DNA of 64,000 bases from the human T2T-CHM13v2.0 reference genome, Homo sapiens: NCBI RefSeq assembly GCF_009914755.1, contig NC_060928.1; one strand, 5' to 3'. The notes below the pieces were generated by a model. The model searched no databases. It saw only the letters and a program-made list of their open reading frames with translations, and had not been told where the DNA came from. This document shows positions 1 to 12,500 of the stretch, in pieces. Positions within the stretch are counted from its first letter, which is position 1. Every line of letters starts with the position of its first letter. Position numbers and translations under genes: made by a program.

Positions 1-1598
1 ACAGTATATAATACACATTTTGGGTACTTTGATATTTTATGTACGGTATATAATACATACTTTGGGTACTTTGATATTTTATGTACAGTATATAATTCAT
101 ACTTTGGGTACTTTGACATTTTATGTACAGTATATAATACATACTTTGGGTACTTTGATATTTTATGAACAGTATATAATACATACTTTGGGTACTTTGA
201 TATTTTATGTACTGTATATAATACATACTTTGGGTACTTTTATATTTTATGTACAGTATATAATATATAGTTTGGGTACTTTGATATTTTATGTACGGTA
301 TATAATACATACTTTGGGTACTTTGATATTTTATGTATAGTATATAATACATACTAAGCGCACTTTGATATTTTATGTACAGTATATAATACATACTTTG
401 GTTACTCTGATATTTTATGTACAGTGTATAATACATACTTTGGGTACTTTGATATTTTATGTATAGTATATAGTTTGAGTACTTTGATATTTTATGTACA
501 GTTTTTTATAAATATTTGGGTGCTTTCATATTTTATGTACAGTATATAATACATACTAAGCGCACTTTGATATTTTATGTACAGTATATAATACATACTT
601 TGGTTACTCTGATATTTTATGTACAGTGTATAATACATATTTTGGGTACTTTGATATTTTATGTACAATATATAATACATACGTTGGGAACTTTGATATA
701 TTATGTACATTATATAATTCATACTTTGGGTACTTTGATATTTTATGTACAGTATATAATACATACTATGGGTACTTTTCTATTTTATGTACAGTATATA
801 ATACATACTTTGTTTACTTTGATATTTAATGTACAGTATATAATACACGGTTTGCGTACTTTGATATTTTATGTAAAGCATGTAATACATAATTTGGGCA
901 GTTTGATATTTTATGTACAGTATGTAATACACACTTTGGGTACTTTGATATTTTATGTACAGTATGTAAAACATACTTTGGGTAGTTTGATATATTATGT
1001 ACAGTATATAATGCATACTTTGGGTACTCTGATATTTTATGTACAGAGTATAATACGTACTTGGGGTACTTTGATATTTTATGTACAGTATATAATACAT
1101 ACATTGGGTACTTTGATATATTATGTACAGTATATAATACTTACTTGGGGTACTTTGATATTTTATGTACAGTATATAATACATACTTTGTGTACTTTGA
1201 TATTTTATGTACAGTATATAATACATACTTTGGGTACTTTGATATTTTATGTACAGTATATAATACATACTTTGGGTATCTTGATATTTTATGTACAGTA
1301 TATAATGCATAATTTGGGTACTTTGATATTTTATGTACAGTATATAATGCATACTTTGAGTACTTTGATATTTTATGTACAGTATGTAATACATACTTTG
1401 GGTACTTTGATATTTTATGTATAGTATATAATACATACTTTGTGTAGTTTGATATTTTATGTACAGTATACAATATATAGTTTGAGTACTTTGATATTTT
1501 ATGTCCAGTATAAAATGTATAGTTTTCCTAATTGATATTTTATGTACAGAATATAGTTTGAGTACTTTGATATTTTATGTACACTTTATTATAAATGT

Positions 1599-4500
1599 TT
1601 GGGTACTTTCATATTTTATGTACAGTATATAATACATACTTTGGTCTCTTTGATGTTTTATGTACAGTATATAATACATACTTTGGGTTCTTTGATATTT
1701 TATATGCAGAATATAATGCATAGTTTTAGGTACTTTTATATTTTATGTACAGTATATAATACATACTTTGGGTACTTTTTTATTTTATGTACAGTATATA
1801 ATACATACTTTGGGAACTTTGATATTTTATGTACAGTATGTAATACATACTTTGGGTACTTTGATATTTTATGTACAGTATACAATATATAGTTTGAGTA
1901 CTTTGATATTTTATGTCCAGTATAAAATACATAGATTTCATACTTTGATATTTTATGTACAGAATATAGTTTGACTACTTTGATATTTTATGTACACTTT
2001 ATCATAAAAGTTTGGGTACTTTCATATTTTACGTACAGTATATAATACATACTTTGGGCACTTTGATGTTTTATGTACAGTATATAATACATACTTTGGG
2101 TTCTTTGATATGTTATGTACAGCATATAATACATAATTTGGGGACTTCTATATTTTATGTACATTATATAATACATACTTTGGGTACTTTTATATTTTAT
2201 GTACGGTATATAATATATACTTTGGATACTTTGATATATTATGTACAGTATATAATACATACTTTGGGTACTTTGATATATTATGTACAGTATATAATAC
2301 ATACTTAGGGTACTTTGACATTTTATGTACAGTACATAATACATACTTTGGGTACTTTGATATTTTATGTACAGTATATAATACATACTTTGGGTACTTT
2401 GATATTTTATGTACAGTATATAATACATGTTTTGGGTACTTTTATATTTTATGTACAGTATATAATATATAGTTTGGGTACTTTGATATTTTATGTACGG
2501 TATATAATACATACTTTGGGTACTTTGATATTTTATGTTCAGTATATAATACATACTTTGGGTACTTTGATATTTTATGTACAGTATATAATACATACTT
2601 TGGGTACTTTGATATTTAATGTACAGTATATAATACACACTTTGCGTACTTTGATATTTTATGTAAAGTATGTAATACACACTTTGGGTACTTTGATATT
2701 TTATGTAGAGTATGTAAAACATACTTTGGGTAATTTGGTATTTTATGATCAGTATATAATACATATGTTGGGTACTTTGATATTTTATGTACAGTATATA
2801 ATACATACTTTGGGTACTTTGATATTTTATGTACAGTATATAATGCATAATTTGGGTACTTCAATAGTTTATGCACAGTATATAATACATACTTTGGGTA
2901 ATTTGATATTTTATGTACAGTATATAATGCATACTTTGGGTACTTTGATACTTTATGTACAGTATACAATACATACTTTGGGTACTTTGATATTTTATGT
3001 ACAGTATATAATATGTAGTTTGGGTACTTTGATATTTTAACTACAGTATATAATACATACTTTGGGTACTTGGATATTTTATCTACAGTATATAATAGAT
3101 ACTTTGGGTACTTTGATATATTATGTACAGTATATAATACATAGTTTTGTTACTTTGATATTTTTTGTACAGTATGTAAAACATACTTTGGGGAGTTTGA
3201 TATTTTATGAACAGTATATAATACACATTTTGGGTACTTTGATATTTTATGTACGGTATATAATACATACTTTGGGTACTTTGATATTTTATGTACAGTA
3301 TATAATTCATACTTTGGGTACTTTGATATTTTATGTACAGTATATAATACATACATTGGGTACTTCGATATTTTATGTGCAGTACCCTATATATAGTTTG
3401 GGTACTTTGATATTTTATGTCCAGTATAAAATAAATAGTTTTGGTACTTTGATATTTTATATACAGTATATAGTTTGAGTACTTTGATATTTAATGTTCA
3501 GTTTATTATAAATGTTTGGGTGCTTTCATATTTTATATACAGTATATAATACATACTTTGGGCACTTTGATATTTTCTGTACAGTATATAATACATACTT
3601 TGGGTACTTTGATATTTTATGTACGGTATATAATACATACATTGGGTACTTTGATATTTTATGTACAGTATATAATATATAGTTTGGTTACTTTGATATT
3701 TTATAGACAGTATATAATATATATTATGTGTACTTTGATATATTATGTACAGTATATAATATATAGTATGGGTTGTTTGATATTTTATGTACAGTATATA
3801 ATATATAGTTTGGGTAGTTTGATATTTTTAGTACAGTATGTAATATATAGTTTGTTTTATTTGATATTTTATGTACAGTATCCAATATATAGTATTGGTA
3901 CTTTGATATTTCATGTAAAGTATATAGTTTGAGTACTTTGATATTTTATATGCAGTTTATTATAAATGTTTGGGTACCTTCATATTTTATGTACAGTATA
4001 TAATACATACTTTGGGAACTTTTATTTTATGTGCAGTATATAATACATACTTTGGGTACTTTGATATTTCATGTACAGTATATAATACACACTTTGGGTA
4101 CTTTGATATTTTATGTACAGTATATAATACACACTTTGTGTACTTTGATATTTTATGTACAGTATATAATACATACTTTGGGTACTTTGATGTATTATGT
4201 ACAGTATATAATACATACTTTGGGTACTTTGATATTTTATGTACAGTATATAATACATACTTTGGGTAGTTTGATATTTTATGTACAGTATGTAATACAC
4301 ACTTTGGGTACTTTGATATTTTATTTACAGTATGTAAAACATACTTTGGGTAGTTTGGTATATTATGTACAGTATATAATACATACTTTGGGTACTCTGA
4401 TATTTTATGTACAGTGTATAATACATACTTTGGGTACTTTGATATTTTATGTACAGTATATAATACATACTTTGGGTACTTTGATATTTTATGTACAGTA

Positions 4501-7500
4501 TATAATACTTACTTGGGGTATCTTGATATTTTATGTACAGTATATAATGCATACTTTGGGTACTTTGATATTTTATGTACAGTATATAATGCATACTTTG
4601 AGTACTTTGATATTTTATGTACAGTATGTAATACATACTTTGGGTACTTTGATATTTTATGTATAGTATATAATACATACATTGTGTAGTTTGATATTTT
4701 ATGTACAGTATACAATATATAGTTTGAGTACTTTGATATTTTATGTCCAGTATAAAATATATAGTTTTCCTAATTGATATTTTATGTACAGAATATAGTT
4801 TGAGTACTTTGATATTTTATGTACACTTTATTATAAATGTTTGGGTACTTTCATATTTTATGTACAGTATATAATACATACTTTGGTCTCTTTGATGTTT
4901 TATGTACAGTATATAATACATACTTTGTGTTCTTTGATATTTTATGTGCAGAATATAATGCATAGTTTTAGGTACTTTTATATTTTATGTACAGTATATA
5001 ATACATACTTTGGGTACTTTGATATTTTATGTACAGTATATAATACATACTTTGGGTACTTTGATATTTTATGTACAGTATATAATACATATTATTGGTA
5101 CTTTGATATTTTATGTACAGTATACAATATATAGTTTGAGTACTTTGATATTTTATGTCCAGTATAAAATACATAGATTTCATACTTTGATATTTTATGT
5201 ACAGAATATAGTTTGAGTACTTTGATATTTTATGTACACTTTATCATAAAAGTTTGGGTACTTTCATATTTTACGTACAGTATATAATACATACTTTGGG
5301 CACTTTGATGTTTTATGTACAGTATATAATACATACTTTGGGTTCTTTGATATGTTATGTACAGCATATAGTACATAATTTGGGGACTTTTATATTTTAT
5401 GTACATTATATAATACATACTTTGGGTACTTTTATATTTTATGTACGGTATATAATACATACTTTGGGTACTTTGATATATTATGTACAGTATATAATAC
5501 ATACTTTGGGTACTTTGATATATTATGTACAGTATATAATACATACTTAGGGTACTTTGACATTTTATGTACAGTACATAATACATACTTTGGGTACTTT
5601 GATATTTTATGTACAGTATATAATACATACTTTGGGTACTTCGATATTTTATGTACAGTATATAATACATGTTTTGGGTACTTTTACATTTTATGTACAG
5701 TATATAATATATAGTTTGGGTAATTTGATATTTTATGTACGGTATATAATACATACTTTGGGTACTTTGATATTTTATGTACAGTATATAATACATACTT
5801 TGGGTACTTTGATAATTTATGTACAGTATATAATACATACTTTGGGTACTTTGATATTTAATGTACAGTATATAATACACACTTTGCGTACTTTGATATT
5901 TTATGTAAAGTATGTAATACATACTTTGGGTACTTTGATATTTTATGTACAGTATGTAATACACGCTTTTGGTACTTTGATATTTTATGTAGAGTATGTA
6001 AAACATACTTTGGGTAGTTTGGTATTTTATGATCAGTATATAATACATATTTTGGGTACTTTGATATTTTATGTACAGTATATAATACATACTTTGGGTA
6101 CTTTGATATTTTATGTACAGTATATAATGCATAATTTGGGTACTTCAATAGTTTATGCACAGTATATAATACATACTTTGGGTAATTTGATATTTTATGT
6201 ACAGTATATAATGCATACTTGGGTACTTTGATAGTTTATGTACAGTATACAATACATACTTTGGGTACTTTGATATTTTATGTACAGTATATAATATGTA
6301 GTTTGGGTACTTTGATATTTTAACTACAGTATATAATACATACTTTGGGTACTTTGATATTTTATCTACAGTATATAATAGATACTTTGGGTACTTTGAT
6401 ATATTATGTACAGTATATAATACATAGTTTGGTTACTTTGATATTTTTTGTACAGTATGTAAAACATACTTTGGGGAGTTTGATATTTTATGAACAGTAT
6501 ATAATACACATTTTGGGTACTTTGATATTTTATGTACGGTATATAATACATACTTTGGGTACTTTGATATTTTATGTACAGTATATAATTCATACTTTGG
6601 GTACTTTGATATTTTATGTACAGTATATAATACATACATTGGGTACTTCGATATTTTATGTGCAGTACCCTATATATAGTTTGGGTACTTTGATATTTTA
6701 TGTCCAGTATAAAATAAATAGTTTTGGTACTTTGATATTTTATGTACAGTATATAGTTTGAGTACTTTGATATTTAATATTCAGTTTATTATAAATGTTT
6801 GGGTGCTTTCATATTTTATATACAGTATATAATACATACTTTGGGCACTTTGATATTTTCTGTACAGTATATAATACATACTTTGGGTACTTTGATATTT
6901 TATGTATGGTATATAATACATACATTGGGTACTTTGATATTTTATGTAAAGTATATAATATATAGTTTGGTTACTTTGATATTTTATATACAGTATATAA
7001 TATATATTATGTGTACTTTGATATATTATGTACAGTATATAATATATAGTATGGGTTGTTTGATATTTTATGTACAGTATATAATATATAGTTTGGGTAG
7101 TTTGATATTTTTAGTACAGTATGTAATATATAGTTTGTTTTATTTGATATTTTATGTACAGTATACAATATATAGTATTGGTACTTTGATATTTCATGTA
7201 AAGTATATAGTTTGAGTACTTTGATATTTTATATGCAGTTTATTATAAATGTTTGGGTACCTTCATATTTTATGTACAGTATATAATACATACTCTGGGA
7301 ACTTTTATTTTATGTGCAGTATATAATACATACTTTGGGTACTTTGATATTTCATGTACAGTATATAATACACACTTTGGGTACTTTGATATTTTATGTA
7401 CAGTATATAATACACACTTTGTGTAGTTTGATATTTTATGTACAGTATATAATACATACTTTGGGTACTTTGATGTATTATGTACAGTATATAATACATA

Positions 7501-7960
7501 CTTTGGATACTTTGATATTTTATGTACAGTATATAATACATACTTTGGGTACTTTGATATTTTATGTACAGTATGTAATACACACTTTGGGTACTTTGAT
7601 ATTTTATGTACAGTATGTAAAACATACTTTGGGTAGTTTGATATATTATGTACAGTATATAATACATACTTTGGGTACTCTGATATTTTATGTACAGTGT
7701 ATAATACATACTTTGGGTACTTTGATATTTTATGCACAGTATATAATACATACATTGGGTACTTTGATATATTATGTACAGTATATAATACTTACTTGGG
7801 GTATCTTGATATTTTATGTACAGTATATAATGCATACTTTGGGTACTTTGATATTTTATTTACAGTATATAATGCATACTTTGAGTACTTTGATATTTTA
7901 TGTACAGTATGTAATACATACTTTGGGTACTTTGATATTTTATGTATAGTATATAATACA
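1599..7960. repeat. Two diverged tandem copies of the ~3.28-kb higher-order repeat (offsets 3242 then 3283 bp)
   Basis: Paralogous ORFs: 1599/4841 and 2012/5254 (3242 = 3284 - 42); 3062/6345 and 3516/6799 (3283, due to a 1-bp deletion near 6220). Confidence 0.85.
3461..3536. repeat. Example of the recurrent block-junction cassette: 35-bp monomer followed by 41-bp monomer (~86 copies in the window)
   Basis: 3461-3495 ATACAGTATATAGTTTGAGTACTTTGATATTTAAT (7 bp short) is followed by 3496-3536 GTTCAGTTTATTATAAATGTTTGGGTGCTTTCATATTTTAT (1 bp short). The same pair precedes ORF starts at 516, 1599, 2012, 3516, 3970, 4841 and onward to 62973. Confidence 0.93.
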
Positions 7961-8042
7961 TACTAAGGGTACTTTGACATTTTATGTACAGTACATAATA
8001 CATACTTTGGGTACTTTGATATTTTATGTACAGTATATAATG

Positions 8043-9538
8043 CATACTTTGGATACTTTGATATTTTATGTACAGTATATAATACATACTTTGGGTACTT
8101 TTATATTTTATGTACAGTATATAATATATAGTTTGGGTACTTTGATATTTTATGTACGGTATATAATACATACTTTGGGTACTTTGATATTTTATGTACA
8201 GTATATAATACATACTTTGGGTACTCTGATATTTTATGTACAGTATACAATATATAGTTTGAATACTTTGATATTTTATGTACTGTATAAAATATATAGT
8301 TTTCGTACTTTGATATTTTATGTACAATATATAATTTGAGTACTTTGATATTTTATGTACAGTTTTTTATAAATGTTTGGGTGCTTTCATATTTTATGTA
8401 CAGTAAATAATACATAGAAAGGGCACTTTGATATTTTATGTACAGTATATAATACATACTTTGGGTACTCTGATATTTTATGTACAGTGTATAATACATA
8501 CTTTGGGTACTTTGATATTTTATGTACAATATATAATACATACGTTGGGAACTTTGATATATTATGTACAGTATATAATACATACTTTGGGTACTTTGAT
8601 ATTTTATCTACAGTATACAACACATAGTTTGTGTACTTTGATATTTTAGGTACAGTATATAATACATACTTTGGGTACTTTGATATTTTATGTACAGTAT
8701 ATAATACATACATTGGGTACTTTCATATTTTATGTACAGTATATAATATATAGTTTGGTTACTTTGATATTTTATCTACAGCTTATAATACATACTTTGG
8801 ATACTTTGATATTTTATGTACAGTATATAATACATACTTTGGGTACTTTTATATTTTATGTACAGTATATAATATATAGTTTGGGTACTTTGATATTTTA
8901 TGTACGGTATATAATACATACTTTGGGTACTTTGATATTTTATGTACAGTATATAATATATACTTTGGGTACTCTGATATTTTATGTACAGTATAAAATA
9001 TATAGTTTGAGTACTTTGATATTTTATGTACTGTATAAAATATATAGTTTTCGTACTTTGATATTTTATGTACAGTATATAGTTTGAGTACTTTGATATT
9101 TTATGTACCGTTTTTTATAAATGTTTGGGTGCTTTCATATTTTATGTACAGTATATAATACATAAAAAGGGCACTTTGATATTTTATGTACAGTATATAA
9201 TACATACTTTGGGTACTCTGATATTTTATGTACAGTGTATAATACATACTTTGGGTACTTTGATATTTTATGTACAATATATAATACATACGTTGGGAAC
9301 TTTGATATATTATGTACAGTATATAATACATACTTTGGGTACTTTGATATTTTATCTACAGTATACAACACATAGTTTGTGTACTTTGATATTTTATGTA
9401 CAGTATATAATACATACTTTGGGTACTTTGATATTTTATGTACAGTATATAATACATACTTTGGGTACTTTCATATTTTATGTACAGTATATAATGCATA
9501 GTTTGGTTACTTTGATATTTTATCTACAGCTTATAATA
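8043..9538. repeat. 748-bp (18-monomer) local tandem duplication
   Basis: TTGGATAC variant at 8051 and 8799; minus-strand ORFs 8353/9101 and 8387/9135 are offset by 748 = 16x42+76. Confidence 0.8.
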
Positions 9539-12500
9539 CATACTTTGGATAGTTTGATACTTTATGTACAGTATATAATACATACTTTGGGTACTTTGAT
9601 ATTTTATGTACAGTATACAATATATAGTTTGAGTACTTTGATATTTTATGTGCAGTATAAAATATATAGTTTTGGTACTTTCATATTTTATGTACAGTAT
9701 ATAGTTTGAGTACTTTGATATTTTATGTACAGTTTTTTATAAATGTTTGGGTGCTTTCATATTTTATGTACAGTATATAATACATACTAAGGGCACTTTG
9801 ATATTTTATGTACAGTATATAATACATACCTTGGGTACTTTGATATTTTATGTACAGTATATAATACATAGTTTGGGTATTTTGATACTTTATGTACAGT
9901 ATATAATACATACTTTGGGTACTTTGATATTTTATGTACAGTATATAATACATACTTTTTGAACTTTGATATTTTATGTACAGTATGTAGAACATACTTT
10001 GGGTACTTTGATATTTTATGTACAGGATATAATGCATACTTTGGGTACTTTGATAGTTTATGTACAGTATATAATACATACTTTGGGTACTTTGATATTT
10101 TATGTATAGTATAAAATATATAGTTTGGGTACTTTGATATTTTATGTGCACTTTATTATAAATGTTTGGATACTTTCATATTTTATGTACAGTATTTAAT
10201 ACATACTTTGGGCACTTTGATATTTTATGTACAGTATACAATACATACTTTGGGTACTTTGATATTTTATTTACAGTATATAATACATAATTTGGGTACT
10301 TTGATATTTTATTTACAGTATATAATGCATACTTTGGGTACTTTGATGTTTTATGTACAGTATATAATACATACTTAGCGTACTTTGACATTTTATGTGC
10401 AGTACATAATACATACTTTGGATACTTTGTTATTTTAAATACAGTATGTAATACATATTTTGGGTACTTTGATATTTTATGTACAGTATATAATACATAC
10501 TTTGGTACTTTTATATTTCATGTACAGTATATAATATATAGTTTGAGTACTTTGATATTTTATGTACAGTATATAATACATAGTTTGGGTATTTTGATAT
10601 TTTATGTACAGTATATAATACATACTTTGGGTACTTTGATATTTTATGTACAGTATATAATATATAGTTTGGGTACTTTGATAATTTATGTGCAGTATAT
10701 AACACATACTTTCGGTAGTTGGATATTTTATGTACAGTATATAATACATACTTTGGGTACTTCGATATTTGATGTACAGTATACTATATATAGTTTGGGT
10801 ACTTTGATATTTTATGTCGGGTACAAAATAAATAGTTTTGGTACTTAGATATTTTATGTACAGTATATAGTTTGAGTACTTTGATATTTTATGTACAGTT
10901 TATTATTAATGGGTGCTTTCATATTTTATGTACAGTATATAATACATACTATGGGCACTTTGATATTTTATGTACAGTATATAATACATAATTTGGGTAC
11001 TTTGATATTTTATATACACTACATAATACATACTTTGGGTACTTTGATATTTTATGTACAGTACATAATATATAGTTTGGGTACTTTGATATTGTATGTG
11101 CAGTATATAACACATACTTTCGGTACTTGGATATTTTATGTACAGTATGCAATACATAATTTGGGTACTTCCATATTTTATGTACAGTATGCTATATATA
11201 CTTTGGGTACTTTGATATTTTATGTCCAGTATAAAATAAAAAGTTTTGGTAATTCGATATTTTATGTACAGTGTATCGTTTGAGTACTTTGATATTTAAT
11301 GTACAGTTTATTATAAATGTTCAGGTGCTTTCATATTTTATGTACAGTATATAATACATACTTTGAGCACTTTGATATTTTATGTACAGTATATAATACA
11401 TACTTTGGGTAATTTGATATTTTATGTACAGTATATAATACATACATTGGGTACTTTGATATTTTATGTACAGTATATAATATATAGTTAGGGTACTTTG
11501 ATATTTTATATACAGTATATAATATATATTATGTGTACTTTGATATATTATGTACAGTATATAATATATAGTTTGGGTAATTTGATATTTTATGTACAGT
11601 ATACAATATATAGTATTGGTACTTTGATATTTCATGTAAAGTATATAGTTTGAGTACTTTGATATTTTATATACAGTTTATTATAAATGTTTAGGTACCT
11701 TCCTATTTTATGTAGAGTATATAATACATACTTTGGGAACTTTTATTTTATGTGCAGTATATAATACATACTTTGGGTACTTTGATATTTTATGTACAGT
11801 ATATAATATATACTTTGGGTACTTTGATATTTTATGTACAGTATATAATACATACTTTGGGTACTTTGATATTTTATAAACAGTATATAATACATACTTT
11901 GGGTACTTTGATATTTTATGTACTGTATATAATACATACTTTGGGTACTTTTATATTTTATGTACAGTATATAATATATAGTTTGGGTACTTTGATATTT
12001 TATGTACGGTATATAATACATACTTTGGGTACTTTGATATTTTATGTATAGTATATAATACATACTAAGCGCACTTTGATATTTTATGTACAGTATATAA
12101 TACATACTTTGGTTACTCTGATATTTTATGTACAGTGTATAATACATACTTTGGGTACTTTGATATTTTATGTATAGTATATAGTTTGAGTACTTTGATA
12201 TTTTATGTACAGTTTTTTATAAATATTTTGGTGCTTTCATATTTTATGTACAGTATATAATACATACTAAGCGCACTTTGATATTTTATGTACAGTATAT
12301 AATACATACTTTGGTTACTCTGATATTTTATGTACAGTGTATAATACATACTTTGGGTACTTTGATATTTTATGTACAATATATAATACATACGTTGAGG
12401 ACTTTGATATATTATGTACATTATATAATTCATACTTTGGGTACTTTGATATTTTATGTACAGTATATAATACATAGTTTGTGTACTTTGATATTTTATG

